From Macrostomum hystrix (lineage: Eukaryota; Animalia; Platyhelminthes), in assembly GCA_950097015.1 (NCBI GenBank), contig CATNEN010000025.1, positions 5,580,001-5,644,000 on the forward strand: a stretch of DNA of 64,000 nt, written 5' to 3'. Shown in pieces: positions 23,151-34,434 of this stretch; within the stretch, counting starts at the first letter, position 1, and each line of letters starts with the position of its first letter. The notes beneath the pieces were generated by a model that saw nothing but the letters and a program-made list of their open reading frames with translations, was not told the DNA's origin and did no database searches. Position numbers and translations under genes: made by a program.

Positions 23151-26100
23151 GGTCACTTTTAGCTTCTGTTAGAAGGGAGTGTGGCTGTTTAGCTGGACTG
23201 AAAATAGGTTTTAACATTACTTGGATTAATAATATTACCTAAGCTTTCTATATGCACTTTAAAAATAGCAATAATTTACCAATTATAAATGGTTTTAATA
23301 TTTGCATGTGGGCTGTTAGCACTGACACATCATTTTGTGACTGTAGATCTATAGCCAGTGAGATTTAGCAATATCTGCTGACTAAACACACATATGTACC
23401 AATAGAGACATGAAACACAGGCACACAGTCACATAGGGGTGTATATCTAATTGATATATTAGATCTATTAGGTTTGAGAACAGAAGGCAGGTACAATCAT
23501 GATTCTACCATTTATGCCAAAAATTATTTTAAAGAATTCATTAGTAGCCAAGCTACGGTAGAAATAATGTTTTGTATGAATTTGTATTGAAATAAAAAGT
23601 TAAATGTTAAATCTATATTTGATAAGTTGAATGCCAAATTACCAAACATATTGTGAACCTAGACAAAGTTAGTAACCATTTTTTATAATTAAAACAATTT
23701 AAATATACCTCTTTATTTATAGAAAAAGGTAACTACTGACTTAGTGGCTGACTGACTTAAATTAAGAATTAAAACAATAATTAACACTATTATTATTTTC
23801 ACTAATTCACTTCTATTGATCATTAAATGACATCTTTAAGTTTAATTTCACATGCAATTAATTACAATCATTTTTTCCAATGGCTGCTGATTCCTTTTGC
23901 TTGATATTTTATTGTATGCAGTATTTCAGTATTTAAAATACAGAAATAGCAGCAGAAATGTAAAAAAAACAATTAAATTATACATTTTTGTTCCAATATA
24001 TGCATTATTCTTTGATATTGAGAAGCGAGAGAATTACTGAATTTGTCAATAGATAAAAGGGAAAATAATGACTGTCACATGTAAAATATAATAAATATCG
24101 CAAAATAAAATGTTACAAATACCTAAACTTTTTTCACATATAAATCAACTACTCCAAAATAAAAAAAACTGTATTCTATAATTTTGTTACTAAAGTTATC
24201 ATCGTGGTTTGGGTTCAAATAGATAGAGCTCAAAGGAAACCCAATTTTTCTGTAATTAGAGGTTTGTTAAGGCAAGATAGACCGTACTATAGACAGTACC
24301 AAGTGTTATTTCGTGTATTTTATTTCAGCGATAAAAAATAACCTGAGGTTTTACTAGCAATCTTTCAGCACAAAGCAACGTTCGACCTGTAAAAATTTAT
24401 CTCACAAGAACTGTATACCTTGAAATTATGCCTAATAAAAACACTTTCAATACAAACAAATGTATTTTTTAATTTATATACCAAATAAATAATTATTTTT
24501 GCTTTTCATTACATAAGTTTGTGTAGAAGCTACAATACATTTTAATTGCAAAGAATTTTTGTTATAGTCTGGTAATTTCCGTATTGTAGTCCGGTTTCTC
24601 AATAAATACTCGAATTGGATGGATGTAATGAGAGCTGTTTAAATTCTATATGTAGATTTTATTTCAGAAGTCAAACAGGCAAAATGTTTTATACCATTTT
24701 CTTGCTTCTTCTTTTTTAATTAGCAACTAGCTATACCATGCGGTCACACATATTGAACCCATAATCATAATATTATTTATAGTTAAAATAAAAAAATTCG
24801 GTTATGCCATCAAGTCTATAGAAAGTGCTCAGCATAACTTTAAAATATCAATTTTATTTCTTAAACTTATCTATTGATTTGGCTAAAGCGAAATTCGTGG
24901 ACTACAATAATATGAAAATGCTACTATTGATGAATATGATAGGAGGAAGAGGCCAATTGCTAAAGGAATACAATAAAATGGCATTATAACTGGGATATAT
25001 TCGACAGTTAATCGGAGAGATTAGAGGGCGGGGTCTTTATGCCGGTTTAGGAGCCTACCTATTTTTAATTAAAAGCATATTGTTTTTGTTGTTTCTATCG
25101 TTTGCTTTACGAGAGGAGTCGACCGAGTAGCATGCAAGGATCACAGTTTTAGTAACTCCTGTTATACTACAGTGGTCCTTGGCCATAGTTACATGTATTG
25201 TTCACAAATTGGGTGGACTAAATAGAGTGTCGAGTGTTTTTAGTGCGCAATGAAATATTTAAGTGTAGCCATGTGCCGGTTATAAATTCTAGTTTGTTTG
25301 TGATTGCAGTCATGATAGTCACATGAATTATCGTAATTGTGATTTAGCGCCGATTTGAAGTTTTATTTCTTGCAATCATTTTGAAGGTAAAGTCGTCGTC
25401 GCAAGTCGTAGATCGTTCAGCTGTTTCTCGTGCCTATTGATTACAGAGAGTCTATATAGACATGTAAACATGCTTGGTAAAACTTTTATTAGACACTTCA
25501 TTAGACACTTATGACGTAGACGAACCTGTTTTTAGAGATCTAATATTTGTATAAAACTATAAATAAATTGTTACACATTGTAAATAAGATTTTTATAGAT
25601 TATTTTAGGGTGCAGCCCGTGTTGCAGTCCGTATATGATGCAAACTAATATATGAGGTTCGAGTATTTAAATTATTTTTATTACTATGTTCATTTTATTA
25701 ATGTCAGTGATGTAACAAGTAAAGTTCAAAGCATAGTTTCAGTTTCCTGCTCTAAATTCTTTTAGCACCATAACACATCTTTAATTACCAATGACTGGGA
25801 CCCTAACAACCCAGAAGTAGAGGCTGATATACTTTCTGTTGTATACTTGTATGTTTTTATTTCTTAGTTCTTGTTTCTAATGAAGTATATTCTTATTAAC
25901 TTATTTAGGTCAATGAGTGGTAAGTTTGACTCCAGCGGTGTTAAACCTTCTCTTAGGTGATATAGGCCTATTTCCAATCGTATTATGGATGGTATTCAGG
26001 CAATCACAAAGGTGGTAAGCAATCAGTATACTAAGTAAGAAGCAGTCTGGAACATGGTACTTATCAGATTTGTCAAATATTCAGCAGTTCAAGGCTAAGG

Positions 26101-26519
26101 CCTGTTGTCTAATAATTGAGTCTATAGTCTGGTTGACTGTTAGAACTTTAGATTGGTCTGCTAGTGAGGCTAGGAGTTGGAAGAAGCTAAGGTAGTGGGA
26201 AACGGTTGACTGCTTTGCACTTTTGTATGTTGTATATATAGCATGGTGTTAGGCTATTATTGGTAGCCTGCATTTAGCAAATCAGCACATAGGCCCCTAT
26301 GAACTGGTGCATTGAAGAGATTAAGCTAGAACACATTTGGTGTGAGTGGCTACATCTCAAGGCATTTAAAGAATGAAGAGCAAGTCAAGTCATAGAGATA
26401 AATAAAATAATAGTCAGGATAATAATGTGTCATCAAATATAGGTTATGGAGAATGTTGCCAAACTGATGCTTAGGGCACCACATGAATTCTTTGAGTTAC
26501 ATCTCTAAGGTCTTGCTAG

Positions 26520-27324
26520 TGTCCTAGGGCTCTTACTAAATTCAATATTACTCCTAACAATGTCACCAAAGTTGTTGTAGGGCTAAATTAATTCTACTGC
26601 TGTTACCAAAGTTGTTACAGGCCTTTTATACTTTTGTCAATCTTATGAATGTCTTTTAATTATTCGCTTTATGTATTTCTTATCTCAATTCAAATTGGTA
26701 GCGTTTATGTATTCAAATATGGTAGCGTTATATATATTCAATCTGGTAGCGTTATACTTTTAGTATGGCCGGTATCTTTACTGTATATTCCTTTCTGCTT
26801 ATAACTTTACTGTATTATTTCTATAAATACTTCGTATCAATCTTTATCCGTATTTATCAGTCTTTATCCGTCTTTATCAGTCTTTATCCGTCTTTATCAG
26901 TCTTTATCCGTCTTCAATTATCATTCAGTTAACCTTCAATTCAATCTTCAGTTCAGTCTTCAATTTCAATCTTCAGTCCGTTTCATAGGGCTTTCCAGTG
27001 GATCTAGAGTTACAGCTCTTCTTCACTTTATTTACTTCTCTTTCGCAAATAACTTCAATATAACACTTTAAGATTCAAGCTTTCTTTTACTCTGAACTCT
27101 TTTCCCAATCGAGGTGGTACGAGTTGGTTTTTCTCTCTTCGCTTCGGGTGTATTTATACTAAAAATTCCCTTCATCTCCGCGACTTCAGTATAACTATTT
27201 TAATTTTCGGTGCAGACAAACAAATGGTGCATTTAAACAAAATTTACGTAACATTAAAACAAAAATATTTAATTTCGCGGGAACACTTTCTAGGAAAAAT
27301 AAAACAATCGGAAACCCTATCTCA
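26520..27324 (-). repeat. 3' LTR (805 bp)
   Basis: Same sequence as 34435-35239 with no difference seen by eye. On the - strand there is a TATA-like TATAAATA near 27150 and AATAAA near 27030. A short purine-rich tract AGTAGGGAGA lies just upstream (about 27330-27339). Confidence 0.95.
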
Positions 27325-27602
27325 ACTGATCTCCCTACTAGACATATTTGAATGCATGCAATAAGTGAAAATATGGCTAAGCAACACATGAATTTACACA
27401 AAATAGGATAAATGGCACTAAATGGCTAAAATACAGAAAGAACACAGTAAAACACGTTTATACAAAAGTAGAATATATGGTATTAAATGGTTAAAACACA
27501 TGAATTTATACAAAATAGATGACACTAAATGACATAGAGCAAAATACAACACAAAACCTTTCACCAAAAATGTAAGTCCATAGTTGTCTCTCCTCTTCAT
27601 AT

Positions 27603-28421
27603 TCAAAATGCGCATGGGGCCGGCAGAGCTCTGTAATATGGCCAGCCGATCTGCTTGAAGGCCCACCGGAACTCCATATTTGTTACCTTCCGGTGAAGGA
27701 CTACCTCGCTTGATGTTGAACTGCGGTGCACGTTGTGTGCCACCGCTTGTAGTACCGTGACTGCCTGGTGTTGTGGCAGACTTCTCAGAGCCGTCATGCT
27801 CTTCCATACATGAGCCCTTTGCGGATAGGACTGCTCATATGTATGGAAGGCTACTTTTTCCATGTATTCTGTTAAGTCATGTACCATCTTTTCTTTTTCC
27901 TCGTCCTCTGGCGTAGGCTGAGTCACCTGCACAGGCTGGAGCACCGTGGGCGTCGTTAGTGGCGGTTGCGGCACAACCTGTGGCGGCTGAGGCACAACTT
28001 GCGGCGCCTGAGACACCGCTTGCGACGGCTGAGGCGCGGCTCGTGATGGCTGAGGCACGGCTCGTGATGGCTGCGGCTTGGGCTGCATTTCTCTCTTGGC
28101 CCTAGATTCCATCGGTACAGGCCGCAGTTGCTGCGGCGCCGGCCCAGCCAAGTTGCGACTAGCAGATGCGCCATCCCTTGTAGTTAGCCGAATTACCGAT
28201 TTAAGGCGATTTCCGCCATCAGTCGCGCATGCCGCTTGTGCCGTCTTTGCCTGCTTGATCGCCACCGGCGATGGTGTCCGTAGCCTTTTGGATGCCATAG
28301 ATACGGCGACTGGCAGTTTGGGTCGCGTAGCCACTCTCTCTGGTGCTGCTTCCATGTTCTCTTGGGCAGATCCTCCTTCACTTAACAATTCTTGTAGAAA
28401 GTCGTCTAAGTCACAATCCAT
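27603..28421 (-). CDS. Third ORF of the Gypsy element (about 272 aa from the first ATG), function unknown
   Basis: Intact ORF between pol and the 3' LTR, same strand as pol. Acidic N-terminus, Pro/Gln heptad repeats, putative globular C-terminus; no signal peptide or TM segment. Confidence 0.65.
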   Translation of the reverse strand: MDCDLDDFLQELLSEGGSAQENMEAAPERVATRPKLPVAVSMASKRLRTPSPVAIKQAKTAQAACATDGGNRLKSVIRLTTRDGASASRNLAGPAPQQLRPVPMESRAKREMQPKPQPSRAVPQPSRAAPQPSQAVSQAPQVVPQPPQVVPQPPLTTPTVLQPVQVTQPTPEDEEKEKMVHDLTEYMEKVAFHTYEQSYPQRAHVWKSMTALRSLPQHQAVTVLQAVAHNVHRSSTSSEVVLHRKVTNMEFRWAFKQIGWPYYRALPAPCAF

Positions 28422-28824
28422 TGTTAGCAATTTTCACGTCTTTGGCACCTTCTTAACAGATTTCTCTGGCGGGCTCTAGGTGGTCTTATTATACATACTA
28501 AAAACTGGACCGCATCATTGTGTCCGGGCTCCCCAGGGATCTGAGGGCCACTTTTGACAGTCTTATTCTGCCATGTCATATATCACACTCTTTTCAATTC
28601 AATTTCCGACTTTATTAATTGCAATTTTACTTTCATGTTTGGATTCTTTTTATAGATCTTAATCTCCTGAATACATTGGTCTTTTTTATTTTTTCAATAT
28701 CTTTTTCTTATCAATTTTTATTTGCTTTTTAAGTTTTTCTTATTTTAAATCTTAATTGTTTAACATTGGTTTAAATGCGAATCTGATTCAACTCGCCTCC
28801 CATTGTTCTCTATTGTTTTCGAAA

Positions 28825-31800
28825 TCACTGGGGTAGATATTTTCTGTATCGCTCCCGAGGCACGAAGCCGTGAGTGACTGGCTGGGTGTTGCGTAACACT
28901 CCTCTTCCTGGGGTAGGCTCTCCCCTGTTCAATTGTTCATTTCTGTCATTTCGTGGTCTGAGATTATAGCCATGGGCTCCTTCTGTATGTACATTTCTTT
29001 CTTCTTCATGTTCAATCTCTGACTCATTCATGTTCATTTCTTCGGTCTTGTCCATTTCGCTGTCTGTTTCTTCTTGCTCTGACTCATTCGATTCTTCTTG
29101 CCTTTCGCTTTCATTGTCAGGGATTGCTTCCTGTTCTGCATAGTCTTCGTCTTCGGATTCTTCATTTGGCATATTAGCTCTCCATCTTATTCTGTCTTCT
29201 TCTTCGGATTCGTCTTCTTCTTCATTAATGACAATTACATTTTGTTTATTTTTATTTGAGGTGGCCTGACCTCCCTTAACTTTTGACCGTGTGGTGTGAC
29301 TAATTTTGTGATCTTCCTTTCTTGTTTGTTCTGCGGATTGTAATGTGATCTGTGTGTTTGGCACTGGTGTGATGTTATTTCTATGCACAATTAATTTCTC
29401 TCCTACTCTTTCTCCTTCAATTTCTCTCTGAACACGATAAACTGTGTCGGATAACTGAGCAAGTACTCGGTACGCGGCTCGCTTTTTCCTGTGAAACTTA
29501 TGGCTCTCATCCTGATGTAGCTGAGGATTATTTAACAGTACTATTCCTCCAATAATAATGTCTTTTGGCTTCTTGGCTACTTCAGCCTTTTCTTTTCTTT
29601 GTTCATTAATCTTCTCTAGCTTCTGTTTGACAATCTTATTAGCTTTCTCCAGTCTTTCGGCATGGTCTTTTACATAACTAGGATAGTTAGCGAATTCATG
29701 CGGTCTTTTGACTATATTGTCTATGGGCAAAGTTGCTTCACGCCCAAATAATAGATAGTGAGGCGAATATCCGGTGGATTGATTAATACTCGTTCGCACT
29801 GCTACGAGCGCGGCTGGAATCATGAGATCCCAATCAGAGTGATCCTTGTTAATCAGACATGTAACTATCGATTTGACTTGTCCATTAAATCGTTCAACTA
29901 AGCCGTTACTTTGAGCATGGTAGGGTGTGGTGCACGTGTGCTTGATCCCATACAGCTCACAAAATGCTTGAAATTGTCGGCTAGTAAATGACTTTCCATT
30001 ATCAGTATGGATCCATTTGCATTGTCCGTATTCTGCGAATACTCTTTCTTGCAATATCTTAATCACAGTATCTGATTTCTGGTTCCTGGTCGGAAAAGCG
30101 AATGGGAATCTAGTTGTACTATCGACTATTGTCAGTACATACTTGTGCCCTCTTTTGCTGTCCTTGGACACAGGTCCAATGAAATCTATATGGAGGCGCT
30201 CAAACGGCTCACAAATCGGAAAATTCTGCACAGGTGCTGGGATACGCTGTCCCGCTTTACTCTCTAAACACGTTATACATTCTGAAATGTACTTCTCAAT
30301 TGCAGTGACTAGTCCGGGTCTCCAAAACCGTTCACGCACTCTCTGCGTGGTTTTATCACGGCCTAGGTGACCTGCCAATGGGCTGTCATGCAGTTCTCTA
30401 AACACAGCTTTTTCAATGCTCTTTGGCAACACAATTTTTCTGATTCCTTCTTCTTGAATCGTCAATAATTCATCTTCGAACTTCATCTGTTCGTAGTACT
30501 TTAACATCTTCTTCAATTCTTCTGACAATTTGTCTCCTGTCGGTTTCTCTACTGCACTCTTCTTCCAATTTATCAGTGTTCTCACTGAGGAGTCTTCTTG
30601 CTGGGCTTGCACCAACTGCTCCTTCTTGAGTGGAACCTCGAGATAATCAGTAAGAAGTTTCCGACATCTCTCTTCTTCAATTTCTTCATCTTCGACATAA
30701 TCTCTCGCATCTTCGAATACATCATCATCATCTTCATCATCTTTGTCATCTTCCTGTACTTTCTGCTCTTTGAGAATCTCCAGATCAGTCTGACAGCTTT
30801 GATGCTTCAGTGAGCTTCTGCTGGTCAACTGTTTTGCTGGCATCTCTTTCTCAATTACACAATCATTGCGGACATCGGTGCCGGTTTCCTCGATTTCTTC
30901 AGGTGGCTGAATCAGTCCTAGCTGGCTGTCTGGTAAGCTCACCTTCGGTTCACTTCTTTTCAATTCTAATTCAGAGTCCATTTTTCGGTCAATTTGTGTT
31001 GGCTTTGTAATTTCGGTCTCAGCAGGTCGTCGGGATAAACTGTCAGCGTTGCTGTGCTTGCTGCCCGAACGATGCTCGATGTCATACTGGAACTCGCTTA
31101 GCCGCTCGATCCAACGACCAAGAATTCCTTGCGCTTCAGTCTGGCGTAGAAGCCATAGGATCGCCTTGTGATCAGTGCGGGCTAAGAATCGCTTGCCAAT
31201 GAGATAAAATCGAAAGTGCTTCATCCCATCAACCAATGCTAACAACTCTTTTCTGGTGATCGGATATCTCTTTTCGGAATCTTTCATAGCTCGGCTAAAG
31301 TACGCAATCGGCCTTTCAGTGCCGTCGGACTGTATCTGTCCAAGACAGGCGCCGATTCGATTGTCGCTAGCATCGACATCTAGGACCATTCGTACTTTTT
31401 CATTCTCAGAAAACTCTGGATAGGCAAGCACTTCAGTGGACATTAACTTTTGCTTTAACAGTTCAAATGACTCAGTATGTACTTTAGTCCATTTTTCTTT
31501 GAAATTCTGCACTCCCTTCTTAGTTAATTGAAATAATGGGTGTGCGGCATCAGCATAATTCTTAACAAATCGGCAATAGTAATTGCATAATCCAAGGAAG
31601 CTTCTTAGTTCTTTAACATCTTTAGGCACTGGCCAAGTTTTAATAGCTTCAATCTTTGCCGGGTCTGTTCTTATTCCATCGACTCCGACTACATGTCCTA
31701 AGTACTTTAGTTCTTGCTGAAACAAGTTGCACTTTTTAGGTCTTAGTTTCAATCCAGCTGTTATCAATCTTTGAAATACTTCTTTCAGATGACTGAGATG

Positions 31801-33384
31801 TTCTTCAAAAGTCTTAGAGTAAGTCACTATGTCATCAATGTAAGACATGGCAAACTTGTGCTGAATGCCAGTCAGGACTAGGTTCATCAGTCTTTGAAAA
31901 GTACCGGGCGCATTAGACAGTCCTTGCGCCATGACTTGATATTCAAATTGGCCTCTCGTTAACGTAGAAAATGCTGTCATGTACTTGTGTTCCTCCTTTA
32001 TGGGAACTTGCCAATAGCCCGAATTAAGGTCAAGGCTGCTGAAGTACTGGCTTCCGGTTAGATGTGAAAATGTCTCCTGGATGTTCGGTAGAGGATATGG
32101 ATAGTAATCCACTCTTGAGTTTAAAACTCGAAAATCACTGACAATTCTGATGGTTCCATCCTTCTTAGGTACGATGACCAATGGTGTTGAATAAGTACTA
32201 TAGCTTGGTCTTATCAAGTTCTTAGCGAGCATGTCGTCTAATTGATCATCCACTTGTTTTTGCAAATGCGGCGGAATCCGTCTGGTAGGAATTCGAACCG
32301 GTGTGGTGTCTCTCAATGAAATTTCGTGGGTCACCAGGTGGGTCAGACCCATTTCTTGGCTGGTCTGAGAGAATGCCTCTCTGTGCTCTTTTATCAACTC
32401 GATAACTTGGTCTTTCTGTTTGTCAGTCAAATCTTCTCCTAGATTGATCTCAGTGATCCAATCTTCTTGGCTTAATTGCTCGCATTTCGCAGTCTTGACA
32501 TGTCCATTGGGTTTGACTTTTTCTGTTTGTTCTTGCTCGGCATAGTAAGTTAAGTCTTTAGCTTGCAATGGCTTGGCAAATCCGATAATCGTAGATCTCG
32601 ATAGCGGTATGTCGTCACTCTGCTTATTAATAACTTCAATGACTCCTGTTCCATTACTCATGGTTACTAGAGTCGGTATTACATCCAAAGTACCTTTCTT
32701 GGTGTTGATCTGTCCTCTGATTGGTTCAATAGTCATTGGCGTGCCATAATTGGCTTCGGCATTTTTCGGCAATTTAACAGAAATTCTAAGTGCACTATTA
32801 GCTGGCACAATTACTTTTTCAGAGCAATATACTCGACAAACACGAACTGGCAATTTAGTAAATTGAATTGGGATGCACATATTACTTCTTAGTACAAGCA
32901 TGCCTGTGGCAAAGTTAATATTATTGCAATAATCTTGGAAAAATTCCATTCCTAGGATATCGTCACAGTCGTGATGGCATAAGAGAAATTCGGTCTCAAT
33001 TTCAACTTCTCCAAATTTTACTTTAACAGTTACTTCTCCTGCAATCTTTACAGTTGCTCCATCAAACGTGGTCACTCTTCGATTGCTTGGCTCAATTTCA
33101 TTGTCTTTAACCATCTTCTTCCAGGAGTTCTTTCCTAGGAAGTTATGTCCTGCACCAGTGTCTAGCAAAAATGTTACTTTCTGATTCCGAATCTCGCCTT
33201 TCACAACTGCTTCACGACCTTTCTTCTCTGCACTAGATTCAGTTTGTACTTTCTCAGAGCTTACATTATCATTTACATTAGGTTTCTGCTTATTACTTGC
33301 CAGTTTAATTGAGGCCTGAGTTTCGCTGGCTGTACTTTTAGAGGGGCGTGGCCTCGCATCTCGTCCCTCACGAATCAGTTTCCC
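28825..33384 (-). CDS. pol: Pol polyprotein (protease, RT, RNase H, integrase), probably expressed as Gag-Pol by -1 frameshift
   Basis: LLDTGA (protease); YIDD (RT); DVDAS..ELLAL..TDH (RNase H); HHCC zinc finger and HIDF/TDNG/VERFN (integrase). The frame is open without stops from the GGGAAAC site at 33384-33378. Confidence 0.95.
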   Translation of the reverse strand, partial: GKLIREGRDARPRPSKSTASETQASIKLASNKQKPNVNDNVSSEKVQTESSAEKKGREAVVKGEIRNQKVTFLLDTGAGHNFLGKNSWKKMVKDNEIEPSNRRVTTFDGATVKIAGEVTVKVKFGEVEIETEFLLCHHDCDDILGMEFFQDYCNNINFATGMLVLRSNMCIPIQFTKLPVRVCRVYCSEKVIVPANSALRISVKLPKNAEANYGTPMTIEPIRGQINTKKGTLDVIPTLVTMSNGTGVIEVINKQSDDIPLSRSTIIGFAKPLQAKDLTYYAEQEQTEKVKPNGHVKTAKCEQLSQEDWITEINLGEDLTDKQKDQVIELIKEHREAFSQTSQEMGLTHLVTHEISLRDTTPVRIPTRRIPPHLQKQVDDQLDDMLAKNLIRPSYSTYSTPLVIVPKKDGTIRIVSDFRVLNSRVDYYPYPLPNIQETFSHLTGSQYFSSLDLNSGYWQVPIKEEHKYMTAFSTLTRGQFEYQVMAQGLSNAPGTFQRLMNLVLTGIQHKFAMSYIDDIVTYSKTFEEHLSHLKEVFQRLITAGLKLRPKKCNLFQQELKYLGHVVGVDGIRTDPAKIEAIKTWPVPKDVKELRSFLGLCNYYCRFVKNYADAAHPLFQLTKKGVQNFKEKWTKVHTESFELLKQKLMSTEVLAYPEFSENEKVRMVLDVDASDNRIGACLGQIQSDGTERPIAYFSRAMKDSEKRYPITRKELLALVDGMKHFRFYLIGKRFLARTDHKAILWLLRQTEAQGILGRWIERLSEFQYDIEHRSGSKHSNADSLSRRPAETEITKPTQIDRKMDSELELKRSEPKVSLPDSQLGLIQPPEEIEETGTDVRNDCVIEKEMPAKQLTSRSSLKHQSCQTDLEILKEQKVQEDDKDDEDDDDVFEDARDYVEDEEIEEERCRKLLTDYLEVPLKKEQLVQAQQEDSSVRTLINWKKSAVEKPTGDKLSEELKKMLKYYEQMKFEDELLTIQEEGIRKIVLPKSIEKAVFRELHDSPLAGHLGRDKTTQRVRERFWRPGLVTAIEKYISECITCLESKAGQRIPAPVQNFPICEPFERLHIDFIGPVSKDSKRGHKYVLTIVDSTTRFPFAFPTRNQKSDTVIKILQERVFAEYGQCKWIHTDNGKSFTSRQFQAFCELYGIKHTCTTPYHAQSNGLVERFNGQVKSIVTCLINKDHSDWDLMIPAALVAVRTSINQSTGYSPHYLLFGREATLPIDNIVKRPHEFANYPSYVKDHAERLEKANKIVKQKLEKINEQRKEKAEVAKKPKDIIIGGIVLLNNPQLHQDESHKFHRKKRAAYRVLAQLSDTVYRVQREIEGERVGEKLIVHRNNITPVPNTQITLQSAEQTRKEDHKISHTTRSKVKGGQATSNKNKQNVIVINEEEDESEEEDRIRWRANMPNEESEDEDYAEQEAIPDNESERQEESNESEQEETDSEMDKTEEMNMNESEIEHEEERNVHTEGAHGYNLRPRNDRNEQLNRGEPTPGRGVLRNTQPVTHGFVPRERYRKYLPQ

Positions 33385-34394
33385 TGATTCTGCGCCTGCG
33401 GCTGGTTCTGCCGAGGAGCTCTGCAGTGTTTCGCGATGTGTCCTGTCTTACGGCAATTGTAGCAAGTTAGTGGAGGTCTCGCCTGCTGCTGCTGGGACTG
33501 CCACTGCCTCTGCTGCTGTTGCTGTGGGTATTGCTGCTGTGTCGGTCGCTGAAATTGCTGCTGCCGATATTGCGGCTGCTGATATGGCTGACGCTGCTGG
33601 TATTGCTGTTGTTGCTGACTATTTGGCCGGTACGAGTTTACAGCCTGAGCATAAGTCTGTTGTTGCTGTTTGTTGGCCATCAGTTCTTGTAGTGTCTTCT
33701 TCTGCAATTCGAGCTGAGCTTGCTGCTGTCTGATGACTTCCTCCAGTCGATCTTGCTCGCTTCGTCGTCGTTCAAGTTCTTCCTCGCCTTTGGCCATTCT
33801 CATGCCGATGTTCCGATGAGTCATATTCCATGCAGCTTCCATCCGTCTTAACATTCGTCTGGCCTCCTGTAGGTTAGCAGGCTGAGCAAAGATCAATTTC
33901 TCTCGCGTTTCAGCGGATATTCTTACTCCTTTAATAAACTGTTCCACGATCTCTTCTTCCTTCTGTTCCATATTCATGTTTGGAAAAGCTCTAGCAGCTA
34001 ATTCGATCAGACAATCAGAGAAGGTTTCGACTGACTCATTCTTACTCTGCATTCGTCCTCTGAATTCTTCACGGAATTCGGCGGAGCTGCCGATTCTTCC
34101 GAATCGTTCAATTAATCTGTCTTTAAATTCTTCATATTCCAAATCATCTGGAAGATTCAGTCTTTGCACTGCGGCAAAAGCTGTGGTTAGGTCTAAATTG
34201 GCCAACAATTCCTGCTTTCTATTGTCTTCCTCAATACCTTCTGCTTCACAGCGTTGATCAAAGGCGGTAAGCCAAATTCTGATATCTTGTCCAGGTGTGA
34301 ACTTTTGAATTTTTACATGACGCATAGGTCCAATTTCGAGTCGATTTCTCAACTCTTCTGCCAACATAGCGATTGCATCTTGTGCTTGATTCAT
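33375..34394 (-). CDS. gag: Gag (capsid plus CCHC nucleocapsid), 339 aa
   Basis: Begins just after the PBS; retrotransposon gag-like helical region; Q-rich linker; zinc knuckle CYNCRKTGHIAKHC. Confidence 0.93.
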   Translation of the reverse strand: MNQAQDAIAMLAEELRNRLEIGPMRHVKIQKFTPGQDIRIWLTAFDQRCEAEGIEEDNRKQELLANLDLTTAFAAVQRLNLPDDLEYEEFKDRLIERFGRIGSSAEFREEFRGRMQSKNESVETFSDCLIELAARAFPNMNMEQKEEEIVEQFIKGVRISAETREKLIFAQPANLQEARRMLRRMEAAWNMTHRNIGMRMAKGEEELERRRSEQDRLEEVIRQQQAQLELQKKTLQELMANKQQQQTYAQAVNSYRPNSQQQQQYQQRQPYQQPQYRQQQFQRPTQQQYPQQQQQRQWQSQQQQARPPLTCYNCRKTGHIAKHCRAPRQNQPQAQNQGN

Positions 34395-34417
34395 TTTGCG
34401 CTGTTTCTAGATCCTTT

Positions 34418-34430
34418 ACCGCTGCCACCA
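34418..34430 (-). promoter_or_regulatory. Primer binding site complementary to the tRNA-Leu 3' end
   Basis: The - strand reads TGGTGGCAGCGGT 4 nt after the LTR end. This is complementary to ...ACCGCTGCCACCA, the 3' end of eukaryotic tRNA-Leu. Confidence 0.8.
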
Positions 34431-34434
34431 AAGT

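Noticed and set aside
27418-27807. 129-aa ORF overlapping the end of ORF3
   Set aside because: Alternative frame running into AT-rich 3' UTR repeats with no recognisable features; probably incidental.
27603-28430. Calling Gypsy ORF3 an env gene
   Set aside because: No signal peptide, furin site plus fusion peptide, or transmembrane anchor.
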